Below are positions 19,119-27,721 of a stretch of DNA of 64,000 nt, piece after piece. Made by a program: the position numbers and the translations under genes. The stretch is taken from positions 186,001 through 250,000 of the IMG/VR virus record IMGVR_UViG_3300044712_001255; one strand, 5' to 3'. The notes under the pieces are model-generated. The model saw only the letters and a program-made list of their open reading frames with translations. It was not told the DNA's origin and did no database searches. Numbering within the stretch: position 1 is the first letter of the stretch; each line of letters opens with the position of its first letter.

Positions 19119-19366
19119 AATCCTACTTCATCTTCGCAATCTACGCGTATGATTTTATCAGTATACCGCAATGTACCACGTATTACTTGCATTGTAGGAG
19201 AAACAACCGCGACGTAATACATGTCGTCCCCATATCCAGAGTGTTGTATCGAAACAATCATGCCGAGTTTCGTAGCACCGACACCGCCCAGACCGCCGCC
19301 TCCCCCGCAGTACACTATGTTACCCGGGACCAGGCTACCAAATTCGACAGTTTTGTAACCGCTCAT
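19115..19366 (-). CDS. 'PGD' array paralog
   Basis: SLVPGNIVY...GMIVSI. Confidence 0.7.
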   Translation of the reverse strand: MSGYKTVEFGSLVPGNIVYCGGGGGLGGVGATKLGMIVSIQHSGYGDDMYYVAVVSPTMQVIRGTLRYTDKIIRVDCEDEVGL

Positions 19367-19545
19367 TGTATTATGTCCAGTTCTTGATCTAGCGCCCAAG
19401 CGAAGCTGTGCAATTCACTTTTGCAAGTAAGGATTGTCACGTAAACGCCTGTGCCCGCATGCAGTACAGAAATGACAATAAATGTCATATGACTGTTAGA
19501 CATGTATCGTCCTAAACTTCCTGGTGTGATATCACGTACGTACAA
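19363..19545 (-). CDS. 'PGD' array paralog
   Basis: DITPGSL...FIVISV. Confidence 0.7.
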   Translation of the reverse strand: MYVRDITPGSLGRYMSNSHMTFIVISVLHAGTGVYVTILTCKSELHSFAWALDQELDIIQ

Positions 19546-19548
19546 GCA

Positions 19549-19761
19549 TCACCCCTCTTCAAGGCGCATAATCACCGCCGTCCAAGCGCCAACCCACTCT
19601 CCCGGCAATGGAATACATCCCTTGGGCGATAGAAGCGTAAGCAAGTGAAGATCAGATTCCCTACGTTCTACGCTTATGACCAACCACAGGGCGTTTTTGT
19701 TATCGTCAGTGACGATGATATCACCTGGTATGATATCTCGAGTCATCATCCTACGCAACAT
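19549..19761 (-). CDS. 'PGD' array paralog
   Basis: DIIPGDIIV...WLVISV. Confidence 0.7.
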   Translation of the reverse strand: MLRRMMTRDIIPGDIIVTDDNKNALWLVISVERRESDLHLLTLLSPKGCIPLPGEWVGAWTAVIMRLEEG

Positions 19762-19984
19762 CGCGTATCACTCTCATCTTTTTCATGTGATGCATGATTT
19801 CTTTAATCAGTTTACCATCGTATGTCAGCAAACTACACTCGATGAGTCCAACGTGAATGTAATCGTCTCTACAACAACGAACGACAGCAATCACAAGCGC
19901 AAACCGTGAATTTACAATCATAACGTCGCCAGGAACTATTTCAATATCCAATGATCTTGCGTCATTCTTGTAGCCTCTCGACAT
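19751..19984 (-). CDS. 'PGD' array paralog
   Basis: EIVPGDVMI...ALVIAV; start uncertain. Confidence 0.65.
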   Translation of the reverse strand: MSRGYKNDARSLDIEIVPGDVMIVNSRFALVIAVVRCCRDDYIHVGLIECSLLTYDGKLIKEIMHHMKKMRVIRDVA

Positions 19985-20228
19985 ACAACGTCAACCTGCT
20001 AAAGCTAATGTTTGTCGGTAAATTGTACAGCTTACCATCACCATTTACGACGCATATGCAATTTATGCCTTCACCCGCCCGTATTTTTACGCTAATTACT
20101 AAAGCAGGCGGTCGTAAGATGCATAATTTTGGCGTTGCGTTGACCCACATAGTTCCTTGAGTCCACCAGATCAAATCACCTGGCAAAACATTGTCGAATA
20201 AATCCTGGCAACATGTTACAGTGATCAT
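19962..20228 (-). CDS. 'PGD' array paralog
   Basis: NVLPGDLIWW...ALVISV. Confidence 0.7.
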   Translation of the reverse strand: MITVTCCQDLFDNVLPGDLIWWTQGTMWVNATPKLCILRPPALVISVKIRAGEGINCICVVNGDGKLYNLPTNISFSRLTLYVERLQE

Positions 20229-20464
20229 GTTTCCTCTTCGCGAGGAAACCGCTTGAATTTAAAATCTGTTCTGTACATCACGTGTGTCGGACCAACGCTG
20301 TCTACGGAATTGAGAATCATCATAGCGACATTATCAACTATGCGTCCATTATACGTGTATATGAGCTGCGTAGAAATTATCAACCACTGCGTTTTGAACC
20401 ACAACACCACATCACCTGGGAGCAGTTCATCTGCTCGGCAATCGATCATATCATTATGAGTCAT
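20225..20464 (-). CDS. 'PGD' array paralog
   Basis: ELLPGDVVLW...WLIIST. Confidence 0.7.
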   Translation of the reverse strand: MTHNDMIDCRADELLPGDVVLWFKTQWLIISTQLIYTYNGRIVDNVAMMILNSVDSVGPTHVMYRTDFKFKRFPREEET

Positions 20465-20687
20465 CTTGCTTTAATCGACGTATTGTTCCAAATTGATGCT
20501 CCCCGATTGTTTTCTTACTCACCCTACCATTGTCATAAATCATCGTAAGCATGCGATATTGATAATCATCTAGTGCTGTAGATTTGACATTCTGCGCCGC
20601 AATGACCAACCGCCACACATTTGCCCACATGATCATGTCACCGGGCACAATTTCAAAGGGGTTGACGTATTCGTATTCGTCAGTCAT
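20454..20687 (-). CDS. 'PGD' array paralog
   Basis: EIVPGDMIMW...RLVIAA. Confidence 0.7.
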   Translation of the reverse strand: MTDEYEYVNPFEIVPGDMIMWANVWRLVIAAQNVKSTALDDYQYRMLTMIYDNGRVSKKTIGEHQFGTIRRLKQDDS

Positions 20688-20896
20688 GATTCATCCACTG
20701 CGAAACGATGTATCATAGTGTCACCTATAGGAAATGTTCTTTCTATCAACTTTTGTGTTTGAAGCACTATGAGCGTATATCCAATGTGTTTATGGTATTT
20801 CATTGTGATGACAAGACATAGGCCATCACCAAATACAGACACATACGCATCACCCGGCTGAAGATCACGTACGCACGCGTTTTTAGCAAACTTCAT
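20684..20896 (-). CDS. 'PGD' array paralog
   Basis: DLQPGDAYV...CLVITM. Confidence 0.7.
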   Translation of the reverse strand: MKFAKNACVRDLQPGDAYVSVFGDGLCLVITMKYHKHIGYTLIVLQTQKLIERTFPIGDTMIHRFAVDES

Positions 20897-21125
20897 GATG
20901 CATCCTCTCCCTTGAACACACGGGTGACTGTTCCATCATAGACAAAATACCTACTTTGATAACGCCCTTGTGACATACAACCAACTCACAAAGGTTGTGG
21001 CATTGATATGAAGTAGGGAGATTTTTAACGCTGATGACAATAGAGGGACTGTTAAAGTAATAAATCACATCACCAGGGCATAGGTCGCCCACATACGTTT
21101 GTTCGTGATGTATCCACTTGCTCAT
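20883..21125 (-). CDS. 'PGD' array paralog
   Basis: DLCPGDVIY...SIVISV. Confidence 0.7.
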   Translation of the reverse strand: MSKWIHHEQTYVGDLCPGDVIYYFNSPSIVISVKNLPTSYQCHNLCELVVCHKGVIKVGILSMMEQSPVCSRERMHHEVC

Positions 21126-21319
21126 GTGTTGTATCTACGGATGTGGCATATTGAGTATACAAAGTAATGCCTATGTTTCACAACGTCATCCAATATAATG
21201 GCATGAATACGTTCTTTTTCAACACATACGCTGAGCACAAGACACCATCGTAAGCCAACTTCCATTACGTCTCCTGGAAAAAGTCCCATTGCCGCTATCA
21301 ACATTTCATCATCATTCAT
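21122..21319 (-). CDS. 'PGD' array paralog
   Basis: GLFPGDVME...CLVLSV. Confidence 0.7.
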   Translation of the reverse strand: MNDDEMLIAAMGLFPGDVMEVGLRWCLVLSVCVEKERIHAIILDDVVKHRHYFVYSICHIRRYNT

Positions 21320-21539
21320 GAGCGTACTTCCATAGCGTCACAGTCCAATTTTCTGCGTAGTGAAATGAATCAACTTTACCATCGATCAACACTGATACGA
21401 TGATTCGCTCATATGATACACGCATGTTTATGGCTACGCCTACGACCATGCGCATGGCGCCAAGACAAAGTAACAGATCGCCCGGCTCGATTTCACAAGC
21501 GCGATGGCGATATTCGTCAGTAAGTTCGTCCTTAAACAT
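21312..21539 (-). CDS. 'PGD' array paralog
   Basis: EIEPGDLLL...RMVVGV. Confidence 0.7.
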   Translation of the reverse strand: MFKDELTDEYRHRACEIEPGDLLLCLGAMRMVVGVAINMRVSYERIIVSVLIDGKVDSFHYAENWTVTLWKYAHE

Positions 21540-21738
21540 GGATGTGACGCACGAACTTGACTGTTTCCAACTGCTCAAAGAGATAAGGGACATTCCGTCC
21601 GTTTATCAGAACGTCTGCTCGGATGTTATCGTACACTACTCTCCAAACTGCGATCACTAGCTTCTCACCCATACCAGACACGACAAGCATGTCTCCAGGT
21701 TGAAGCTCGTACGCAAAACCCATCTTTGCGTTTGTCAT
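21532..21738 (-). CDS. 'PGD' array paralog
   Basis: ELQPGDMLV...KLVIAV. Confidence 0.7.
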   Translation of the reverse strand: MTNAKMGFAYELQPGDMLVVSGMGEKLVIAVWRVVYDNIRADVLINGRNVPYLFEQLETVKFVRHIHV

Positions 21739-21947
21739 GATCTCTGCTCTTCTCCCCACTGCCAGGTATACATGGTGAAATTGAAGTGGAATTCTCTTTT
21801 CACTATAGCGTTGTTGCTGGTGAGTAACACAGTCAAACACGTAGAATTCCAATCGTGATATACACTTACGATGAGGCAGTATCTCGAGCCTTCGAGTATC
21901 ATATTACCGGGCACGAGATGCCGCACTTCCATTCTTGAAAAAGTCAT
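21735..21947 (-). CDS. 'PGD' array paralog
   Basis: HLVPGNMIL...CLIVSV. Confidence 0.7.
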   Translation of the reverse strand: MTFSRMEVRHLVPGNMILEGSRYCLIVSVYHDWNSTCLTVLLTSNNAIVKREFHFNFTMYTWQWGEEQRS

Positions 21948-22153
21948 GTTCGATACTTCACGCAATGCACAGTCCACCATCTCTGACATAGTTTGCGTTC
22001 TAATGTATTGTCACTGCGCAAGACAATAAAATTGATGTACGCCGAAGAACGACGTACGCTGACGACAAGTTTACCTTCAACTATGTCGCCTGGCTCAACG
22101 TCGTTCACAACCATTACGCCATCAAATACATCATCAACATAGTTTATTTTCAT
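21944..22153 (-). CDS. 'PGD' array paralog (close duplicate of neighbour)
   Basis: DVEPGDIVEGKLVVSVRRS. Confidence 0.7.
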   Translation of the reverse strand: MKINYVDDVFDGVMVVNDVEPGDIVEGKLVVSVRRSSAYINFIVLRSDNTLERKLCQRWWTVHCVKYRT

Positions 22154-22344
22154 ATTTGATATTTTGCACAATGCACCGTTGAACCTGTGATGCACACGAA
22201 TCGTTCCAATACGCTGTCGCGGTGCAGGACAGTAAAAACAACTCGAGTCACAGAACGATGAACACTGATGACGAGCATTCCCTCGACTATGTCGCCGGGT
22301 TCAACAACATCCACGGACATTATCCCAATGCTCTCGTCAGTCAT
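22150..22344 (-). CDS. 'PGD' array paralog (close duplicate of neighbour)
   Basis: VVEPGDIVEGMLVISVHRS. Confidence 0.7.
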   Translation of the reverse strand: MTDESIGIMSVDVVEPGDIVEGMLVISVHRSVTRVVFTVLHRDSVLERFVCITGSTVHCAKYQI

Positions 22345-22589
22345 ATAGCTTGTGCCAATTCAACACGCTCGAGCTGCACATGCTTGTGGAACTTATACTG
22401 TTGAACTTGTGTGCCAACGAGCACAGACAATGTTACACTTACGTTGGAATTGTCAATATCAACACTCACGATAATGCACCACCACTTCTTGGTATTGTGG
22501 TCAACCCATAATCCTACGATATCACCAGGGCAGATATCTGTTACAAATACCAATTTGCAATTTTCTCGAACAGGTCTCCAATTAGACAT
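22341..22589 (-). CDS. 'PGD' array paralog
   Basis: DICPGDIVG...CIIVSV. Confidence 0.7.
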   Translation of the reverse strand: MSNWRPVRENCKLVFVTDICPGDIVGLWVDHNTKKWWCIIVSVDIDNSNVSVTLSVLVGTQVQQYKFHKHVQLERVELAQAI

Positions 22590-22794
22590 ACAGCTTCACT
22601 TGTGTGTCGCACAAATAGCGCAATTCACGCACCCCAGAACGCCAAAGAACGCGCAGGAGAATGAAATGTTTTTGTTCGTAGACAATGCTTAATATAAGCA
22701 CCCGTTCTGGAGGAAAACATAACATATCGCCCGGCTCAAGATCACAGGCCAATACAGATATGTACTGTGGCAATTCGATCGTGTCTTTCATCAC
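22582..22794 (-). CDS. 'PGD' array paralog
   Basis: DLEPGDMLC...VLILSI. Confidence 0.7.
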   Translation of the reverse strand: MMKDTIELPQYISVLACDLEPGDMLCFPPERVLILSIVYEQKHFILLRVLWRSGVRELRYLCDTQVKLYV

Positions 22795-23021
22795 AGCTTG
22801 AGCTTTTTCAAGACAGACATACTGGAATACCCAATCTCAAGAAGGCCAAATTCTGTGAGAAACTGTAACTTCATAAGACGCTGACTATTAGTTTCTCTAC
22901 ATGTACCGATCACAAGCGCCCATCCAATTTGATGTCCGTGAAACCGCCACTGCGCAATGTCTCCCGGAACAATGTTGCCAGCATATTCCCATTCCCAATC
23001 GATTGCTTTACGCTCGTTCAT
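22791..23021 (-). CDS. 'PGD' array paralog
   Basis: NIVPGDIAQW...ALVIGT. Confidence 0.7.
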   Translation of the reverse strand: MNERKAIDWEWEYAGNIVPGDIAQWRFHGHQIGWALVIGTCRETNSQRLMKLQFLTEFGLLEIGYSSMSVLKKLKL

Positions 23022-23254
23022 GACCACTTCGCCCTGCGAATGTGCACACATGACGTTAGCGCAAACACATGTTCGGTTATTGCGCCATAGCGCAAACACG
23101 AAACAAAGATACGTTTGTTGCCTTGATATTCTCCTGATCGTACGCTAATCACAAGGGAAAATTCCATGCCAAATTCACGCAGAAGATCACCAGGTTCAAT
23201 CGAACATGCTTGGACGTATTCAATACCGAAGCTTGTGTGGGAATCAATAATCAT
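23018..23254 (-). CDS. 'PGD' array paralog (RSGEY subfamily)
   Basis: SIEPGDLL...SLVISVRSGEYQGNKRIFV. Confidence 0.7.
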   Translation of the reverse strand: MIIDSHTSFGIEYVQACSIEPGDLLREFGMEFSLVISVRSGEYQGNKRIFVSCLRYGAITEHVFALTSCVHIRRAKWS

Positions 23255-23480
23255 CAGCTCTTATCATGACAAAATACAAATCGTTGTTATCTACCCAAGT
23301 AGACATTAGCGTTGAATCTCGTAAGGTTGTCACATAGCTACGTTGTACGTCAACATTCTTGTGATGCTTCACACTCACTACAAGCACAGCACGCTTATTA
23401 GAGTAATTGCTATAGAACACAACATCGCCGGGAACCAAGTTCCCTGCACGTTCCCAACCTTGCCCACATTTATTGCTCAT
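23244..23480 (-). CDS. 'PGD' array paralog
   Basis: NLVPGDVVFY...VLVVSV. Confidence 0.7.
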   Translation of the reverse strand: MSNKCGQGWERAGNLVPGDVVFYSNYSNKRAVLVVSVKHHKNVDVQRSYVTTLRDSTLMSTWVDNNDLYFVMIRADDY

Positions 23481-23709
23481 TGTTCATCCTACGAACGTGA
23501 ATATGCGTCGTTGGAATAAACAGAGTCTCTAGCACAACACCGTGCTCAATATATGAGACAAACACGCGTTTTGCACCTCGATATTCTCCTGATCGTATGC
23601 TGATAATGAGGTGAAATTTCCCGTCGTAGTCGTACATCATATCACCTGGTTCAACCTTGTGGATTGGAACGTAAGCGACATCTGGGTCTGTGTGGGAACC
23701 AAAAATCAT
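23470..23709 (-). CDS. 'PGD' array paralog (RSGEY subfamily)
   Basis: KVEPGDMMYD...HLIISIRSGEYRGAKRVFV. Confidence 0.7.
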   Translation of the reverse strand: MIFGSHTDPDVAYVPIHKVEPGDMMYDYDGKFHLIISIRSGEYRGAKRVFVSYIEHGVVLETLFIPTTHIHVRRMNNEQ

Positions 23710-23906
23710 GTATCCCTCTCAAGAATCATAACGCCGTCACTTGGTAAGAATGTAACAGTTGCAAGTTGATTTCCTAACAATGTTGTAAGTTTGATGTAGT
23801 AATTTTCTGGCGTGGGAAGAAACACCGATATCACAAGTCCCCATCGAAACAACACATCACCCGGAATAACATTGCGAGCAGCTACGTGCATGATGTTATG
23901 GCTCAA
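23706..23906 (-). CDS. 'PGD' array paralog
   Basis: NVIPGDVLF...GLVISV. Confidence 0.7.
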   Translation of the reverse strand: MSHNIMHVAARNVIPGDVLFRWGLVISVFLPTPENYYIKLTTLLGNQLATVTFLPSDGVMILERDT

Positions 23907-24141
23907 TGTTCATCCTGCGAATGTGCAGGTATACTACTGGTATAAGTTTAATTTCTACCACCACACCACATTTCAAATATGAAATAAAGATGCGTGTTGC
24001 GTTGTGATATTCTTCTTGCCTTGCAGCGACCACGAGGTGAAATTTTCCAAGGTGATCATACAACATATCGCCCGGTTTAACCTCGTCCGCGCGAATGCAA
24101 TCAATTGTCATATCTGTGACGTCTGCATGAGTATCAAACAT
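23896..24141 (-). CDS. 'PGD' array paralog (RSGEY-like subfamily)
   Basis: EVKPGDMLYD...HLVVAARQEEYHNATRIFI. Confidence 0.7.
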   Translation of the reverse strand: MFDTHADVTDMTIDCIRADEVKPGDMLYDHLGKFHLVVAARQEEYHNATRIFISYLKCGVVVEIKLIPVVYLHIRRMNIEP

Positions 24142-24322
24142 TACAACACTCGCAAAGCACCAAGAATAATTCGTCGAGGCGTTCGCAACGCATGACAAGA
24201 AAATTCTCACGTAACATCATCACAGTGACATTGTGTGTATTTGGTCGAACACTCACCACAAGACAGACGTATCCACCATGAAAGACAAGATCGCCGGGTG
24301 TTAGGTTCTCAGCTTGTTTCAT
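24134..24322 (-). CDS. 'PGD' array paralog
   Basis: NLTPGDLVF...CLVVSV. Confidence 0.7.
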   Translation of the reverse strand: MKQAENLTPGDLVFHGGYVCLVVSVRPNTHNVTVMMLRENFLVMRCERLDELFLVLCECCNV

Positions 24323-24522
24323 TGTTCTCTCGTCAAAATCACGTACGAGTTTTCGATCGGTTGCCAAGGCCATGTTATAACACACCCCCTATACAATGTG
24401 ATTATCTTTGCAGAATGCTCAAGAGCGTTAAATTGCACTTTGATCACAAGAGCGGGACCGCCGCCAAAAATGATGACGTCGCCCGGGACAAGGTCAGCTA
24501 CTGGACACGCCTCGTTGTTCAC
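24319..24522 (-). CDS. 'PGD' array paralog
   Basis: DLVPGDVII...ALVIKV; GTG start. Confidence 0.7.
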   Translation of the reverse strand: MNNEACPVADLVPGDVIIFGGGPALVIKVQFNALEHSAKIITLYRGCVITWPWQPIENSYVILTREQ

Positions 24523-24773
24523 AGGTCCCTCACCAAGATTATGTGACCTGTACAATATTCTTTGTAGTAATTCCCTAAGACACCGTTAATCAATGTTGTC
24601 ACTTTGACGTGGTTACCATCATGCATCACACTTATCACAAGACCAGTATAACGCCCACGTCGATAGAAAACGATATCACCCGGAACCAGGTCTTCCGCTG
24701 CACACCATTGTTGGTCGCTCACTGAACTTGAGCTATCATCGATCGTCGAGCTCGTGGGGGAACCAAAAATCAC
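24519..24773 (-). CDS. 'PGD' array paralog
   Basis: DLVPGDIVFY...GLVISV; GTG start. Confidence 0.7.
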   Translation of the reverse strand: MIFGSPTSSTIDDSSSSVSDQQWCAAEDLVPGDIVFYRRGRYTGLVISVMHDGNHVKVTTLINGVLGNYYKEYCTGHIILVRDL

Positions 24774-25003
24774 GATTCCCTCACCATGCACGCATACCGA
24801 GACTCATTGACTGCGTGTAGAGTGATCACTTCACTGCCGAACAGATAGACAAGAACAGTACAATCCAAATGCGCTCGACACGACCTAACGCTTATGACAA
24901 GTGCCATGTCCTTTATGACATCGCCTGGCTCAAGAGATATCGCTCTACGCCATTCGTAGTTCTTGATCAACATGTCTTTGACGATAAAATCTGAATAGTT
25001 CAT
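24770..25003 (-). CDS. 'PGD' array paralog
   Basis: SLEPGDVIKDMALVISV. Confidence 0.7.
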   Translation of the reverse strand: MNYSDFIVKDMLIKNYEWRRAISLEPGDVIKDMALVISVRSCRAHLDCTVLVYLFGSEVITLHAVNESRYACMVRES

Positions 25004-25317
25004 AGCTCAACCACGGGAATCAACGTGAATTCATTGCTGAATTCAAATGAACTAATCGTCCCTCGCGCGGCAGACAAAATCCAAATCTTCCTCGCGTCTT
25101 CATTGTGAATACTGGCAATCACCATGCCCTTGTGCATCCGAAGCTCAACAAATCTGTCACCCACTGTCCAAGTACCACCTATGCTGTTGTGCAACAAGTC
25201 TCCAGACTCGAGCTCATACGGATATTTCAAGACTACACCCTCAATAGGCTCCAAGTACGGAGGCAGACCTCGCTTGTAGGGGACATACACAGCCTCAGGA
25301 TACTCTATGCTAATCAT
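25000..25317 (-). CDS. 'PGD' array paralog (extended)
   Basis: ELESGDLL...GMVIAS. Confidence 0.65.
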   Translation of the reverse strand: MISIEYPEAVYVPYKRGLPPYLEPIEGVVLKYPYELESGDLLHNSIGGTWTVGDRFVELRMHKGMVIASIHNEDARKIWILSAARGTISSFEFSNEFTLIPVVEL

Positions 25318-25568
25318 GGACTACACTCGAACATGTCCGTGCCGTCACGAAACCAACAATCACAATCCATCGTTGATTTTTCATGATAGTACATGGAATA
25401 CAATTCATAGTTGAGCGTGGCGGGATGATGTCCAAGCCAGTGCACAGAAATCCCGTTATGTTCAATGCGTTCCGTGGAGACAACAATGCGTGCACCACGA
25501 CGACCACGTACAATCATGTCTCCGGGCAGGAGTTCACCCACAATAACGTAATGATCCACTGACATCAT
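25314..25568 (-). CDS. 'PGD' array paralog
   Basis: ELLPGDMIV...RIVVST. Confidence 0.7.
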   Translation of the reverse strand: MMSVDHYVIVGELLPGDMIVRGRRGARIVVSTERIEHNGISVHWLGHHPATLNYELYSMYYHEKSTMDCDCWFRDGTDMFECSP

Positions 25569-25685
25569 AGTTCTCGTCGATCGTCGAATTCACATGCGTC
25601 ATCGATCGTCGAACCACGTCGACAACGCAATCAACCATGATGTCTCTCGATCTCCAACACATCTTCACGGCACCGCAACCAAAAA

Positions 25686-25916
25686 TCAAATCCATAAAAT
25701 ACGGACAGTGTCCCAGTATCTCAGCTTCTTATGGTAAACAGACTTACGCTTTAAGAAAGTCACATCATACCAGGCAGAATCACCACCATCACCCTTCTTC
25801 ACGCTGATCACTAGGCTCCACTGATCATTAGGCATGAAAGGTCTGTCTCCTAGAACATAGACAAGGTCTCCCGGCAGCAACTCACAAGCCGGCTTGTACT
25901 TCAAGTCGTCACTCAT
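25686..25916 (-). CDS. 'PGD' array paralog
   Basis: ELLPGDLVY...SLVISV. Confidence 0.7.
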   Translation of the reverse strand: MSDDLKYKPACELLPGDLVYVLGDRPFMPNDQWSLVISVKKGDGGDSAWYDVTFLKRKSVYHKKLRYWDTVRILWI

Positions 25917-26164
25917 TGCTCTCTCAATACAAGCAACAGCTCGTTCATCCAGATCCAAGGACCAAATGTTCGCAAATAGAAAGTCCCGTCCGATGTCAGG
26001 AGCTGCATTGATTTGCAATAGGCTGATATGACAAGCGTAGGCCTTCGAACATATTGCATCTCTGCATGCACATCCCAGGGTTTAGAGTGCCCTTTGACTC
26101 GAGCATCTACTATCAAATCTCCAGGTAGGGCATCTCCCCATGCTATCTCGATAAGTCTCTGCAC
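25913..26164 (-). CDS. 'PGD' array paralog (first in array)
   Basis: DALPGDLIV...TLVISA; GTG start. Confidence 0.65.
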   Translation of the reverse strand: MQRLIEIAWGDALPGDLIVDARVKGHSKPWDVHAEMQYVRRPTLVISAYCKSMQLLTSDGTFYLRTFGPWIWMNELLLVLREQ

Positions 26165-26762
26165 TGTACAACAGTACCACACGAACTCCCACAGCTGCAT
26201 CGAGTGAGTGCAGCGTCTCACCGCACTCACCTTCCATACAGGGGTGCGTGACAGGTGGATGCGTACCTGTTGACGCATAGGGGGCACAGGGTAAGGCGAT
26301 GTGTGCGAGGGGCTGCGGTGTGACGTGGTGGGTGGCATTATGCTGATATCTTTGATTTCAGGCACTTACGCACATCGCGCATAGTGCAGTTCACCAGCGA
26401 TGCGCAGTGGGCCCTTCGACCACCTTGCGCCACCTGCCCCCATATTTATCGCAATCGACATCGACTTACGCACAGCTCACGCAACACGCGAGCTGCACCG
26501 GCCCCGGCTAACCCTAGGGCGTGGTGACTGGAATACCCTCTTGCACCCATCTCAGCTGCACCAGATACATCAACGTTGATTGTAAGCATTGCAGATCTTT
26601 GGGATGCATCGACGGGAGCTGCACCCCGGCCCTCCGACAATCTGAGCACGGGATTGGTAAGTGGCTTAGAATAAATGGGACAGTGAGAGTGGGTGCTATG
26701 GGAGGCTGGTGACCCGGCAGGCTGTAGTGTAGGTGACCTTAACCTTATGGTAGTATTGGCTC

Positions 26763-27005
26763 ATGAGTGCAATACTATTCGTTTTCAATGTGTTCCGGTG
26801 GGTGACGCTCATCGGTGAAGTTTACTTCTATACATCGGTGTTTCTCATTGTGCCGACGTTCGCTGCTACACTCGCGTTCTTAGAGTACATGCGTGAACAA
26901 CCGGTACGATTCTTTGAGCACTTCGCGTGGTACACCCTGTGTTGGTGCATCGGCAGAACGATTAGGATCGCTGTCGATATCTGGCGCGTGTACACTGCGA
27001 AGTGA
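26763..27005 (+). CDS. small membrane protein
   Basis: Hydrophobic helices; TAGTAT-6nt-ATG leaderless-type start. Confidence 0.55.
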   Translation: MSAILFVFNVFRWVTLIGEVYFYTSVFLIVPTFAATLAFLEYMREQPVRFFEHFAWYTLCWCIGRTIRIAVDIWRVYTAK

Positions 27006-27086
27006 TGCACATATGCGCCTAACCCAGGGTGCAACGGTCTTAAATGCCGGCACGCGACAACGTCAATTGCACCGTGTAGATCATAG

Positions 27087-27326
27087 TTGAAAATGTCTAA
27101 TGAGCTTATATTCTTGCCCGGTGACATCGTGCAGTGTGATATCATCAGTGGTAAGCCAATTTTGATTGTCGCAGTCGTAAAAACATATTCTGTGGGTTGG
27201 CCACCAGATGTTCCTGTCTGGCAAGTGTGGTTTATGCGGTCTGCGTGTGAACGACATGAAGCAACATTTACATCGTGGATTTGGTCCACGAAAGATTGGA
27301 ATCAAGCAGTGATCAAGTTGAATTGA
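27087..27326 (+). CDS. 'PGD' family protein (plus strand)
   Basis: IFLPGDIVQ...ILIVAV. Confidence 0.6.
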   Translation: MKMSNELIFLPGDIVQCDIISGKPILIVAVVKTYSVGWPPDVPVWQVWFMRSACERHEATFTSWIWSTKDWNQAVIKLN

Positions 27327-27410
27327 GCGTAGATCATAGTTGATCTCATTCGAGCAACGTGCATGCCGTATACAACGCGCGACGGACAGCCCTCATGCGG
27401 GCGAGAGGAG

Positions 27411-27484
27411 TGCACCCCCTCGGGTTCGAACCGAGACTAGCCGGTTTATGAGACCGGGGCTCTGACCGATTGAGCTAGAGGTGC
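27411..27484 (-). tRNA. tRNA with anticodon CAT (elongator Met or Ile2); CCA not encoded
   Basis: Acceptor GCACCTC/GGGGTGC+A; D-arm TAGCTCAATCGGTCAGAGC; anticodon arm CCGGT-CTCATAA-ACCGG; T-arm CTCGG-TTCGAAC-CCGAG; G1-C72 argues against initiator. Confidence 0.92.
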
Positions 27485-27487
27485 AGG

Positions 27488-27721
27488 TCACAGTAGCTTA
27501 AAGACGATTCCCCTCGTATCAAGTTCGTGTGCAGCACTTACAAGGCCACCTTTGTACAAGAAAGTGATTTTGTACATATTATTGTCAATCATAGAGACAC
27601 CCAATACTAGCGCTGGCATGACATCTTTTAGGTCTGTCATCTCGGGCATTTGTGCAGCCTCAGGTGTCCATGTTACCATGTCTCCGGGTAAGAACGGCGG
27701 ATCATCAGAAGACTTTGTCAC
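27488..27721 (-). CDS. 'PGD' family protein (tandem duplicate)
   Basis: DPPFLPGDMVTW...VMPALVLGV. Confidence 0.7.
   Translation of the reverse strand: MTKSSDDPPFLPGDMVTWTPEAAQMPEMTDLKDVMPALVLGVSMIDNNMYKITFLYKGGLVSAAHELDTRGIVFKLL

Larger units (their letters stand above)
13448..26164 (-). repeat. tandem array of about 51 paralogous small 'PGD' SH3/KOW-like genes
   Basis: Every minus-strand ORF here carries (D/E)(L/I/V)xPG(D/N/T/S) followed by a hydrophobic L(V/I)(I/V)(S/A)(V/I) strand; frequent ATGA/GTGA overlaps. Confidence 0.9.

Noticed and set aside
13448-26164. PGD motif read as intein/Hint fragments (A.dL..GD)
   Set aside because: No N-terminal Cys/Ser block, no TxxH, no terminal HN; the downstream strand pattern fits an SH3-like barrel better.
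13448-26164. Diversity-generating retroelement or integron behind the paralog array
   Set aside because: No reverse transcriptase, no near-identical TR/VR pair, no attC-like repeats and no integrase in the window; the genes overlap with no room for attC.
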